DNA of 64,000 bases from an uncultured archaeon (GTDB lineage: Archaea > Asgardarchaeota > Thorarchaeia > Thorarchaeales > Thorarchaeaceae): NCBI GenBank assembly GCA_964558645.1, contig CAZLEV010000011.1, positions 34,072-98,071 of the forward strand, read 5' to 3'. The translations under genes were made by a program, and so were the position numbers. Positions 1 through 9,830 of the stretch are shown here, one piece after another; the stretch's first letter is position 1; every line of letters begins with the position of its first letter. The notes beneath the pieces were generated by a model. That model did no database searches. It had not been told where the DNA came from and saw nothing but the letters and a program-made list of their open reading frames with translations.

Positions 1-190
1 AAGTCCACCAGTACGGCACGGATCCGCTGAATCCTGATTCCGATGAAGATGGGCTTAGTGACGGTGATGAAATAGCATGGGGCACGGACCCTCTCAATGA
101 GGACACGGACGGGGACGGACTGCTCGATGGAGAAGAAGTCCACCAGTACGGCACGGATCCGCTGAATCCTGATTCCGATGAAGATGGGCT
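1..190 (+). repeat. Exact 55-bp direct repeat (1-55 and 136-190; 135-bp period) inside the DxDxDG gene
   Basis: aagtccaccagtacggcacggatccgctgaatcctgattccgatgaagatgggct occurs twice. Confidence 0.95.
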
Positions 191-3100
191 AGATGACTAC
201 GTAGAGGTAGTAATCACCGGGACAGACCCCAATAATCCCACGACGCATGGCTCAATCAATGACTATGATTATGACTCCGACGGCGATGGGCTCTCAAACG
301 GCGATGAAATCTATGTACATGGAACATCTCCCGGAGATGCTGATTCCGACGATGATGGACTTTTCGACGGAGAAGAGATCAGTCTGGGAACAGATCCGCT
401 GAATCCCGACACGGACGGAGATGGTTTGACAGATGGGCAAGAAGTTGAGTACGGGACTGACCCCTTGAAACAGGACACAGATGGGGACGGCCTTGACGAC
501 TACGTCGAGATTATGGTGCTCGGGCTTAATGCCACACGAGTGGATACCTTCTACAATGGTACGTCTGACTATGACCTTGACATGGATGGTGATGGCCTCA
601 GCAACGGTCTTGAGATCTACGGATACGGGACCGACCCGACAAATTGGGACACGGACGGCGATGGACTTAGTGACGGCTTCGAGGTATACGTGGTTGGAAG
701 CTCGCCGACCGACAAGGATACTGACGACGACGGCATAAGCGACTATGACGAATACTATGTCTATGGCACCAACCCCAGAAGGGTCGACACGGACGGAGAT
801 GGGATCAGCGACTATGATGAGGTCTACTTCTATCTCACGGACCCGACACATTGGGACTCCGATGGAGATGGACTCTCTGACTATGATGAAGTTTTTGAGT
901 ATGAAACAGATCCCAACTCCGCGGATACAGATGGTGATGGAATCTCAGACAAGAAGGAGCTGGAACTGGGGACTGACCCAAATCTCGCAGACACCGACGG
1001 GGACGGACTCACAGACTATGAAGAATGGAAGATATACGGGACTGACCCGCTGGAAGCTGATTCCGATGGAGATGGACTAAACGACAAGGAAGAGATAGAA
1101 CTAGGAACCGACCCAAACAATCCCGACTCTGATTTTGACTCGTTAAGCGATGGAGATGAAGTCAACCTTTACGGAACAAACCCTCTCGATGCTGATACCG
1201 ATGGAGATAACCTAGCAGATGCAGACGAGATATGGAACAGTCACACCGACCCAACTAATCCAGACACAAATGGAAACGGGATTACTGACGACCTTGATGA
1301 CATAGACGGTGATGGCATAAACAACTTTGACGAGATATACCTCTACGGAACCAACTGCACCCTCATCGATACCGACGGGGATGGGTTGTCGGACTATTAT
1401 GAGATCTTCGTGAGTGGAACGTCTCCAGTAAATGCTGATACAGACGGAGACGGCATTCCGGACTGGGAGGAGCTTTTCTACTACTTCAGCGATCCCCTCA
1501 AAGTGGATTCAGACGGGGACGGACTCACAGACTACGAAGAGGCCTTTGTCTACTACACTGCACTCATCAACAGCGATACTGACGGAGATGGGCTCAGTGA
1601 CTACGATGAAATCAAGGTCTTCGAGACCGACCCGTTGAACCCAGACACGGACGGAGACGGTCTCACAGATTCCGAGGAGCTGAACATCTACAACACGGAT
1701 CCGCTGAGGGCAGACACAGACGGAGATGGGCTGACCGACGCACAGGAAGTCGCCATCGGGACGAACCCCCGACTGCAAGACACCGATATGGATGGGCTCA
1801 CCGATTTTGAAGAGAATAACGTGACTCTGACTGACCCCCTCAAATTCAGCACTCAGGACAACGGAGTTTCAGATGCAGACTGGGATATGGACAATGATAT
1901 GCTTACTAACATACAAGAGCTGAGACTGACCAAGACTGACCCCCGAAACAATGACACGAATGGCAACGGCATCATAGATGGCCTAGACGACGAAGACAGA
2001 GACCTGTTGACCAACTATGAGGAATGTGTCTTAACGAAGACCGATCCCCGAAATAAGGATACAAATGGAAACGGAATCAGCGACTACAACGATGATGAAG
2101 ACGGAGATGGCCTTAGCAACGGAGACGAAATCAACATCTATGGTACGGATCCGTTATTGAAAGACACAGACGAGGATGGGGTAAATGACTATGATGAAGT
2201 CATGGAGTACCATACCGACCCCTTAAACGCCGACTCAGACGACGACGGGCTGGATGACGGAGCTGAGATCTTCGAATATGGCACGAACCCTCTCTCCAAT
2301 GACACGGATTCCGACCTGCTGTCGGACTACGAGGAGATCTTCCTGACCGACACCGACCCAACCACAAACATGACTTACCCGGGAATACTCGACTCGGAAT
2401 ACGACTCTGACGGCGACGGGCTCTCCAACTTAGATGAGCTGCGAGTCTATGGCACCAACCCCCTCGACCCAGACTCTGATAACGACGATCTGCTTGATGG
2501 CCACGAGATTGAGATTGGGACCTCACCGACAGACCCAGACTCCGACTCTGATGGTCTCCTGGATGGTCACGAAGTCCTCGTTCTGGGAACCAACCCGCTC
2601 TCAAACGATACTGACTCAGATGGCTTGACTGACTACGATGAAGTCATGGTCTACATGACCGACCCAACCTCAGCCGATACAGACGGAGATTGGCTGACAG
2701 ACTACGAGGAGATCTTCATATACGAAACCGATCCGCTCGACCCCGATAGCGATGGAGACGGAGTGACGGATTACGATGAAGTCATCACCCATGGAACCGA
2801 CCCGTTCTCGGCTGACACTGACGACGATGGATTAGATGATTACTTCGAGATAATGGTCTCTCTCACGGACCCGACTAACCCAGACAGTGATGCCGATGGA
2901 ATCGATGACGGTACCGAGTACAATGTGTACAAGACCGACCCAAATAATCCAGACTCTGATGATGACGGCTGGACCGACTATGAGGAGATCTTCGTGTACG
3001 GGACGGATCCTCTGGACCCTGATACGGATGGAGACGGCATCCCGGATCCCCAGGACTGGAACCCTCATCTCCACTGGGCATTCGAGGTTGCAGGTATATC

Positions 3101-3509
3101 GGGGTTGGTCATTCTTCTAGGAGTGGTATTCCTCAAGGTACGGGAGAGATACGAGGAAACCGAGTACGTGACCGAGGCCGAGCCAGCAAGCATGGGTCTT
3201 GAACCGGGAATGGATGTTGCGGTGGAATACAAGATTCGCGAGGGGAAGGTGGTCTTTGGCGTCGTCATACGGAATAACTCAAAGAAGCCCATGCAGAACG
3301 TGCATGTTGTCTTGGGAATCCCCGACCTCACCGATGTGATAAAGGGCGAGAACATAGGAGCTGTGGACGTGGGCAGTCTCTCGGTCACTGAGGTAGAGTT
3401 TGAACTCGAGCCCGGAGCCGAGGGCGAGCTGGTTGGCATGATAGAATACGACACCGTAGAAGGCGAGCATCGCATCGTAAACCTCCGCCCGGTCAAAATA
3501 GTAGCATGA
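3..3509 (+). CDS. Giant cell-surface protein with about 40 DxDxDG (thrombospondin type-3-like, Ca-binding) repeats, one C-terminal TM helix and a cytoplasmic beta-sandwich tail; 5'-truncated at the window edge
   Basis: The frame of ORF 426..3509 is open back to position 3 (VHQYGTDPLNPDSDEDG...). The ~23-aa repeat has consensus GTDPxxxDTDGDGLxDxxE. Hydrophobic stretch VAGISGLVILLGVVFL is followed by KVRER. Several N-x-S/T sequons. Confidence 0.9.
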   Translation, partial: VHQYGTDPLNPDSDEDGLSDGDEIAWGTDPLNEDTDGDGLLDGEEVHQYGTDPLNPDSDEDGLDDYVEVVITGTDPNNPTTHGSINDYDYDSDGDGLSNGDEIYVHGTSPGDADSDDDGLFDGEEISLGTDPLNPDTDGDGLTDGQEVEYGTDPLKQDTDGDGLDDYVEIMVLGLNATRVDTFYNGTSDYDLDMDGDGLSNGLEIYGYGTDPTNWDTDGDGLSDGFEVYVVGSSPTDKDTDDDGISDYDEYYVYGTNPRRVDTDGDGISDYDEVYFYLTDPTHWDSDGDGLSDYDEVFEYETDPNSADTDGDGISDKKELELGTDPNLADTDGDGLTDYEEWKIYGTDPLEADSDGDGLNDKEEIELGTDPNNPDSDFDSLSDGDEVNLYGTNPLDADTDGDNLADADEIWNSHTDPTNPDTNGNGITDDLDDIDGDGINNFDEIYLYGTNCTLIDTDGDGLSDYYEIFVSGTSPVNADTDGDGIPDWEELFYYFSDPLKVDSDGDGLTDYEEAFVYYTALINSDTDGDGLSDYDEIKVFETDPLNPDTDGDGLTDSEELNIYNTDPLRADTDGDGLTDAQEVAIGTNPRLQDTDMDGLTDFEENNVTLTDPLKFSTQDNGVSDADWDMDNDMLTNIQELRLTKTDPRNNDTNGNGIIDGLDDEDRDLLTNYEECVLTKTDPRNKDTNGNGISDYNDDEDGDGLSNGDEINIYGTDPLLKDTDEDGVNDYDEVMEYHTDPLNADSDDDGLDDGAEIFEYGTNPLSNDTDSDLLSDYEEIFLTDTDPTTNMTYPGILDSEYDSDGDGLSNLDELRVYGTNPLDPDSDNDDLLDGHEIEIGTSPTDPDSDSDGLLDGHEVLVLGTNPLSNDTDSDGLTDYDEVMVYMTDPTSADTDGDWLTDYEEIFIYETDPLDPDSDGDGVTDYDEVITHGTDPFSADTDDDGLDDYFEIMVSLTDPTNPDSDADGIDDGTEYNVYKTDPNNPDSDDDGWTDYEEIFVYGTDPLDPDTDGDGIPDPQDWNPHLHWAFEVAGISGLVILLGVVFLKVRERYEETEYVTEAEPASMGLEPGMDVAVEYKIREGKVVFGVVIRNNSKKPMQNVHVVLGIPDLTDVIKGENIGAVDVGSLSVTEVEFELEPGAEGELVGMIEYDTVEGEHRIVNLRPVKIVA

Positions 3510-3610
3510 GATAGGCACTGGGATTCGCCAAAACTGGTCGACCCTATTGCTTAAATCATTTAGTTCAGAATAATATGTTGCCGCGAGATGGGCAAACAGG
3601 CGGGGCTCCG

Positions 3611-4894
3611 ATGACAGATGAAGAGCTACTCCTTGACCTACGGGAGAGACTGGACCAGCTGGGGATACAGGAGAGAGTTATCCCCGAGAAGATACGGCGA
3701 CCCATGGTCATGACAAGGACGAGAAGACAACTGGCCAATAGAGAGGAGGAGCTGGAAAGGTCGCTGAGCGCGCTTGAAGATGACGAACTGCTTCCCGAAC
3801 TCCTTTTCAGATTGGGTAATCTGCATCTGACAGAAGAAAACCTCTCCCGCGCAATCACATTATATGAGAAGAGCTTGGAAGAGGATGACCGGCAAACTCA
3901 GACTTGGATTAATCTGGGCCTGGCCAACCTCCTCAATGACCAGCCCAGAGAGGCAATCTCGTGCTTCGGCAGTGCCCTCGCTATCGAACCGGAGAACTCA
4001 GAGGCGCTCACCTACCTAGGTCTTGCTCATCTCGAGATTGGCGAATACGAGCTGTGTAAGAGGAACCTCCGCAGTGCGGTAGAAATCTCCCCGAACAGCG
4101 ACCGGGCCAACCTTGCGATGGGGCTATTGTTCAAAGAAGAGGGAAACCTCCATGCGGCCATCGGATGGCTAGAAAGGGCCGTCAAAGCAAACCCATCTTG
4201 TGTCGGAGCGTACTTGCAGCTTGGTAGAGTCCATCTACAGCAGGGCAGCTTCGAGAGGGCGCTTCAGGCACTTGAGAAGGCGAGAAGAGAAGATCCTGAA
4301 CAGCATGACGTACTTGAGGTCATGGGAGACCTATACTATGAGATGAAAGACTACATGAAGGCTCTGGAATACTACGATCTTGCCATCAATCTGAATATGG
4401 ACGACCCCGAGCTCTGGGTCAAGAAGGGGGATACTCATGCTGAGAGCAGTTCCTATAGACAGGCATCTGAGGCCTATCTGAGGGCGATGAACGCAGACCC
4501 AGGAAATGTTGTGGCCTGGGTGAAAGCAGGACACATGCAACTCTTGCTGGGGCATATGGGTGCTGCTCTTGAATACTTCAACACAGCCCTCACTCTGGAT
4601 CCCAATAACTCAGATGTAGCCCACAGGAGAGGACGAATCTATATGGCCATGGAACGGTTGGAAGACGCCTTGTCAGATTTTGACCTCGCGTTCTCCACCG
4701 ACCCAGGCAATCCAGAACATCTCTACTATCGAGCGCACGTTCTTGAGAAGCTTGACCGCCTGCCTGAGGCAGAGAGAACATGGGAAGTAGCTATGAATCT
4801 CTATGAGGAACTGGAGAAGGCAACACGGATTGCCGAGTGCAGGGCTCGAATCAGACGCATCAAACGAAGAAGAGAAGGGAAAGAGTCAAAGTAA
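3611..4894 (+). CDS. Tetratricopeptide repeat protein
   Basis: About 9-10 consecutive 34-aa TPR units (e.g. TWINLGLANLLNDQPREAISCFGSALAIEP). TTTA-type TATA-like sequence upstream. Confidence 0.9.
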   Translation: MTDEELLLDLRERLDQLGIQERVIPEKIRRPMVMTRTRRQLANREEELERSLSALEDDELLPELLFRLGNLHLTEENLSRAITLYEKSLEEDDRQTQTWINLGLANLLNDQPREAISCFGSALAIEPENSEALTYLGLAHLEIGEYELCKRNLRSAVEISPNSDRANLAMGLLFKEEGNLHAAIGWLERAVKANPSCVGAYLQLGRVHLQQGSFERALQALEKARREDPEQHDVLEVMGDLYYEMKDYMKALEYYDLAINLNMDDPELWVKKGDTHAESSSYRQASEAYLRAMNADPGNVVAWVKAGHMQLLLGHMGAALEYFNTALTLDPNNSDVAHRRGRIYMAMERLEDALSDFDLAFSTDPGNPEHLYYRAHVLEKLDRLPEAERTWEVAMNLYEELEKATRIAECRARIRRIKRRREGKESK

Positions 4895-4907
4895 GGAGCA
4901 CATAGTA

Positions 4908-7900
4908 CTACTCAACGCGTCCGGGAAGGGACTTCAACACCTCAACAGCCTCAGCGTCGGAAACCATTACAAGATAGCAGGACAGGGATGTCTGCTGGTC
5001 CGGAGCGAGGACCCTCTCATCGGTAATGCTGACTGTCTGAGTCTTGCCGTCCATATTGAACAGCTCAAGAGTCCTTCGCGACTTGCACGTAGTAACGACA
5101 CCCAGAACCCGGCCGTCGGCATTGTGTATTGCTGCCCAGCCCTCCTCAGGTTCGGGGGCCAGATGCAGCTCGTTTTCCGTCATGTCTACCTTCGTTCGAC
5201 CGATATGAAGAGGGAGAGATATTGTTCTCAAGGGTGCCTCCTGCGGTTCAGTTGCGCCACGGATGCCAAATCTGAATCGGCGTGTCAACCCGCTAGTGTT
5301 ATGAGCCGTGACTTGTACGTGAACTAGGGGAGTACCAGGAAGGAGGAGGTATCTGAGTATGTGTGTCATTCCGTGTAGTCGCGGACAATACTTAAGCACG
5401 CCAGTTAATTCGTAACCCACCCAAGGTCCCACGGTGACATCTGTGATGACCCATGACTCCTTGGGCACAGCTGACATCCAATCCCACACACGATAACCAG
5501 CAAGCACAGGAGTAAGCCCCGAATAGAACTTGTCCCACCATATGAATGGTTTGGCCTCGGGAAATATATCATACAACACTCCGCTCTCAGTAGTGTGTTG
5601 ATAGCGCACAAGATTTCCACAATAGTCAGGAGAAGCAGTGATCTCATACTCTCCCACCCTGGTTGTGCGTAGTACCATGTCTTCGATGAACTGTTCTTCT
5701 CGAGTGACCCCCAAATCCGAGTCGAAGACCACTGCAGTCAATGGTATCGACGCAACGCGATTGGGGAAACGAAGCTCGATTCTGCCTCCTTCGAGAAACC
5801 ACGCATCACTCTCCACGGTGACATCGAGTGGAATGTGTAATGGCTTGTCGATGCTCAAGATCTTTCCCGATATATCGATTTCTTTTCGCTGGTCTATGAA
5901 GACACCATCGGGAGCAATCACCTTCAGGTTAACATCAATTTGGTTCTCGTGAATCACACGCACCCTGAGTTCCATCTTGTTCTCGCGTGCACGGTCTAGG
6001 AATACAGGAGCACCGGGAGCTACATACTCCTGCTCTGGGCGTAGGATCTGAACCTCCAAGTCAGAACGCAGAGAGACTGGAGAGTCTTGGCTTGTTGTTG
6101 CACCTGTCAGTCGCCCCCACAGGTCTCGGACATTCTTCCAGGTCCCCTGACTGAACATCAACCGCAACAGAGGAATCCTGATACTTTCATCTGGCTCAAG
6201 GTCAGGGACCCGATACTCGAATCGAGGGATTCCCCAGGTGCGCCGCAGACGTACATCTGCAATAGCGTCTGCATCCCAGATGTAACCTAGAACTGCATCT
6301 GCACCTGTCCAGTTCAGGGCACACCAAGACTCAGCATACTCATTGGGATTCTTCGGCAGCTGCTTGATGCCGTTCCACTCGGGCGAACTCAGACGATATA
6401 TGTCGCCACGGAGGGGGACGTACATATCGTTACATTCTATTTCAGCCCAACCTCTCATCAAGAAACCAAGATTCTCAATTGAGGCCGATCCCCCGTTTAT
6501 CATCTCCACCTCGATTCCGACATGTTCGCTGTTTGAGGTCAAGCGATAGATGATTCTAAGATGTAGACCGGGGCGATCATTGGATTCGGCCTCCAAGGTG
6601 ATCTCAGCAACGTCACCCTGGTTTGCTAGGTGTACGTCAAATTCCTTCTTTTCCCACTCGCTGCCGCCTGCAGAGAAGGGATAGCCCACATCCGGCAGCA
6701 GAGCAGCCCACATCGGCACCTCAATGGAGAGAGGTTTGTTTGTCAAAATCATACCACCCATCGGCGCCTTCGCGCTGATGCCATACCTGATCTGTCTGTT
6801 TTCCAGAATGTACATGTTGTCATGGCTCTCATAGGCATAGGCACCTCCCTCACCAATCACTGGAATGCGGAGCTTCTTGCGGTTAGCGATTGTCTGTCGG
6901 TCACCCTCATCAATGGAGATGGTCACTGGCAATGTTAGAAGAGTCTCTTCGGCTGGAGCACCCACATGAATCGTCCTTTCTGCTCTCGAATCGGGGTCGA
7001 GTGAGAAACCAAATGTGCAGGGTGAATCTTCATTTGTGTTGATGATAACGCGTCCTGCCAACTGCATGTTGGTATTATTCTTGAGACCCAGACCAATCTC
7101 TCGTGACTCGTTGGGTGCCAAGGCGGGATAGCGAGGACTCACGATGAGAGAGACCGCCTCCTGAGGCACTAGGCCATTGAAGAGGTCGATATCCTTCTCG
7201 TCGATGCTCACGTGCCACCGGACTTGAGTCTTCACCTTCTCGTCCGGTGTCAGTTCTCTGTCCAAGTGCTTCGCTGCCTGTGATAGGGTATAGCTTCCCT
7301 GAAGTGTGACCTCGGACCCGTTCTCAACAACCTTTGGAGGCGATGAACCAATACTTGTTACGCACCCTCCGAAGTCTGTATGGTCGAGAGAGATGCTAAT
7401 AGAAGATCCGGTCTCGTTTCTGATACGCAGATGCCACAGAACATCCCATACGCCTATGTATCCCACATGCTTCTCAGGCCGTACATCGACTTCAAAAGTC
7501 TGTCCATCAATTGTCAAAGAGAATCCAGAGATGCCCTTTGCTTCTCGATCCACCGTTACATCCAATATGTCCCCTTCAGCCTCGAAATGATATCTGAAGA
7601 CCCCGAAGTCGGCTTCCTTAGTGTCATCTACCTCTTGACGAATGGTGCGCTTGTAGGAGTCATACCAGTAATGGCGGTCAAAGAACTCCCTGAACACCTC
7701 GCATGACAGAATGCCAGGGATATGGGATTCCATGAGAACTCTCGTACCAGGTACCCAGTTGTAGCCTGTTCGTTTGTACAGAGGTAATGCCTTGAGATTC
7801 CCGCCCCAGGTGTGAAGGTCTATTCTTCTCTTGCCTTGCCTTGCAGCTGTCTCGGCCGCTTCGATCAGAAGAGCCCGACCAAAGCCCTGTCCCTGGTATT

Positions 7901-8201
7901 GTGGGGACACCCCTAGCAGACCGACGTACGCTGCTTCCTCATCCAGTTCGCCTTCCGTCAAATTGCAGTGGCCCACTATCTTACTGTCTTTGTATGCCAC
8001 GATTGTACGAATGTCTCTGCTCTTGCTCTTGTCCTCTAGAATGCGCTCGGCGGTGTAGGGAACACCATGGGTGAATCCTCCGGGCCAACTGTCTGTGTCG
8101 TCAAAAGAATTGAAACACTCCGCAAGGAGCGCAGCATCTTCTTCTGTCAACTCAAAGTCCCGCACCTTATCTTGTGTATACTTGGTTATCATTTGAGTCA
8201 C
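4908..8201 (-). CDS. Large protein with an N-terminal GNAT acetyltransferase domain and beta-rich C-terminal domains
   Basis: GNAT motif A (VSPQYQGQGFGRALL) and motif B (NLKALPLYKRTGY); 1097-aa ORF. Confidence 0.85.
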   Translation of the reverse strand: MTQMITKYTQDKVRDFELTEEDAALLAECFNSFDDTDSWPGGFTHGVPYTAERILEDKSKSRDIRTIVAYKDSKIVGHCNLTEGELDEEAAYVGLLGVSPQYQGQGFGRALLIEAAETAARQGKRRIDLHTWGGNLKALPLYKRTGYNWVPGTRVLMESHIPGILSCEVFREFFDRHYWYDSYKRTIRQEVDDTKEADFGVFRYHFEAEGDILDVTVDREAKGISGFSLTIDGQTFEVDVRPEKHVGYIGVWDVLWHLRIRNETGSSISISLDHTDFGGCVTSIGSSPPKVVENGSEVTLQGSYTLSQAAKHLDRELTPDEKVKTQVRWHVSIDEKDIDLFNGLVPQEAVSLIVSPRYPALAPNESREIGLGLKNNTNMQLAGRVIINTNEDSPCTFGFSLDPDSRAERTIHVGAPAEETLLTLPVTISIDEGDRQTIANRKKLRIPVIGEGGAYAYESHDNMYILENRQIRYGISAKAPMGGMILTNKPLSIEVPMWAALLPDVGYPFSAGGSEWEKKEFDVHLANQGDVAEITLEAESNDRPGLHLRIIYRLTSNSEHVGIEVEMINGGSASIENLGFLMRGWAEIECNDMYVPLRGDIYRLSSPEWNGIKQLPKNPNEYAESWCALNWTGADAVLGYIWDADAIADVRLRRTWGIPRFEYRVPDLEPDESIRIPLLRLMFSQGTWKNVRDLWGRLTGATTSQDSPVSLRSDLEVQILRPEQEYVAPGAPVFLDRARENKMELRVRVIHENQIDVNLKVIAPDGVFIDQRKEIDISGKILSIDKPLHIPLDVTVESDAWFLEGGRIELRFPNRVASIPLTAVVFDSDLGVTREEQFIEDMVLRTTRVGEYEITASPDYCGNLVRYQHTTESGVLYDIFPEAKPFIWWDKFYSGLTPVLAGYRVWDWMSAVPKESWVITDVTVGPWVGYELTGVLKYCPRLHGMTHILRYLLLPGTPLVHVQVTAHNTSGLTRRFRFGIRGATEPQEAPLRTISLPLHIGRTKVDMTENELHLAPEPEEGWAAIHNADGRVLGVVTTCKSRRTLELFNMDGKTQTVSITDERVLAPDQQTSLSCYLVMVSDAEAVEVLKSLPGRVE

Positions 8202-8385
8202 TTCCTAGAAGAAGAGGCAGGCCGATAGCCTGTAATGCGAATTTAAGAATTCCGCCCCTAGCAAGCCAGAACACGCAAGGTAGAGAGAAGGAACAATGAG
8301 GAGTTAGGGAAGTGTTCATCGTAAGATGGAAGTGAAATATGATGAGGTCAAGGCCAGACAGGCCTGATGAGCGTAAGAGATGGGA

Positions 8386-8406
8386 GGGGAGATGTGATGT
8401 CTCCCC
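8386..8406 (-). terminator. Hairpin followed by a pyrimidine-rich tract, downstream of the 8417-11747 operon
   Basis: GGGGAGA/TCTCCCC stem about 10 bp after the stop of the 8417 gene; CT-rich sequence follows on the minus strand. Confidence 0.45.
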
Positions 8407-8416
8407 ACTTTCTTGA

Positions 8417-9190
8417 CTAGGACACACCCAATACAGCGTTCACAGCACCAGCAACAGTGGTTGAGGATATTGTGAGTGTCTGTGGCGCTGTTTCATAGTT
8501 GGGAGTCGCATAGATGTTGCCCTCAACCAAGTCCCAACCGGTAGGAGTGACGTCAACAGTTCCAAAAGCGGTCGATGCCGAGAACTGACCGCCAATTCCG
8601 CTGGGCAGCACGAGGGTAATCGAGATCGCCCCAACTCCTGTTTCTAAGGTGAAAGAGGGACTCCCATACAGCTCGATTGTCGAATCCATGCACAGCAAGA
8701 TTTCGCCTGTGTCAGTCTTGAGCGATATGTCACCAACAGAGGCGGTTTCATTCAAGTTCACAGTAATCGCACCCGTTCCTGTGTCAACGTCAAGTCTGTA
8801 AGCACAACCAGTGCCCAGCGTAATATTGACTCCAACAGCATGATAGTCCAGAGTGATAGTGCTGGATTCGTAAGACACCACAGGCGCGCCATGTTGTTGC
8901 ACAGTATGATTGGGTGCTTGTGCTAGGATTCGGTATAACAGCGAGGAATCATTTTCGAATGTAATGAAGACGGCTCCTGCACCAATATCGATGTCCAGGA
9001 GTACAAGATCTGGCATGGTCTCCTCAGACCTCTCGAAATTGTACTCGATGGTGTTTTCCCAGCCATGGGGTCTATTCCAGATGAAGTAGCTCGTGCCGTA
9101 ATAGGTCAGAAGGCCGACAGCAACTGCGCCCGCCACGATGACGGCTACGATACACATGACCACTCCCCTATTGCGCGTATAGTTACTCAT
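8417..9190 (-). CDS. Membrane-anchored beta-strand repeat protein (DUF4097/adhesin-like)
   Basis: N-terminal TM helix followed by repeated xxTxxGxIxL units (DTGTGAITV, KTDTGEILL, ETGVGAISI, STAFGTVDV). Confidence 0.75.
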   Translation of the reverse strand: MSNYTRNRGVVMCIVAVIVAGAVAVGLLTYYGTSYFIWNRPHGWENTIEYNFERSEETMPDLVLLDIDIGAGAVFITFENDSSLLYRILAQAPNHTVQQHGAPVVSYESSTITLDYHAVGVNITLGTGCAYRLDVDTGTGAITVNLNETASVGDISLKTDTGEILLCMDSTIELYGSPSFTLETGVGAISITLVLPSGIGGQFSASTAFGTVDVTPTGWDLVEGNIYATPNYETAPQTLTISSTTVAGAVNAVLGVS

Positions 9191-9828
9191 TGTCTTTTCT
9201 TCTCCTTTTCATGGTCTTTCAGAAACGAATGCCACTTCCGTTGGAGTTGTTGATACTCAGTGTCTTTCTCCAAGGCGTATCGCCGCATTATCCGCGATGC
9301 GTCTTTCTGTACAGATTCTGAGAGTTGCCGGTATGCTTGCTGATCCTCTATCGGCAGGTTCGAACTAACCTTGTTTTCTCGCTCTATCAGTGGTTGAAGT
9401 ATCGCAATTGCCTCGTCCACTTCCTCGGTTGGAATCTCGATGCCATATACAGAGAGGCTCGATATCATTGACTCGAGCCGCTTTCTGGCAAACTGAGCCA
9501 CACCATCATCAGCCTGCATCATGCCGCTCAACCCAAGACGATACTCTCTTGCCGTGGTGCGATAGTATCTCTGGACTATGCCTGTGACAGTCTGCTCAGT
9601 TCGCTCCTGGACAACCAGACCCGCCTTCTTCAACTTGTCAATATGATGAAGGATAGTACCCGGATTTTTGTCGAGAGCATCAGCAAGCTGCTTCACCGTC
9701 ATAGCACTATTGACCAGATACTTGAACACTATTTCCGCGCGGGTCGGCTCGAAAAGGATCTTGATAGTCTCCGGGTCATCAATGATACAGAGGTCCTTCA
9801 TCGGAGCGGGTGACTGATTCTCGCCCAA
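9187..9828 (-). CDS. ArsR/HTH_20 winged-helix transcriptional regulator
   Basis: PTRAEIV...MTVKQLADALDKNPGTILHHIDKLKKAGLV...RYY pattern; 4-bp overlap with the downstream gene. Confidence 0.85.
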   Translation of the reverse strand: MGENQSPAPMKDLCIIDDPETIKILFEPTRAEIVFKYLVNSAMTVKQLADALDKNPGTILHHIDKLKKAGLVVQERTEQTVTGIVQRYYRTTAREYRLGLSGMMQADDGVAQFARKRLESMISSLSVYGIEIPTEEVDEAIAILQPLIERENKVSSNLPIEDQQAYRQLSESVQKDASRIMRRYALEKDTEYQQLQRKWHSFLKDHEKEKKRQ

Positions 9829-9830
9829 GA

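Noticed and set aside
1-3050. Periodic DNA that could be mistaken for a CRISPR array
   Set aside because: The periodicity is codon-level degenerate protein repeat in one open frame, not identical repeats separated by unique spacers.
8339-8416. ATGATGA...CTGATGAG resembling a C/D box sRNA or hammerhead core
   Set aside because: Box spacing is non-canonical, there is no terminal CTGA D box, and there is no stem II/GAAA for a hammerhead. It is better explained as terminator region.
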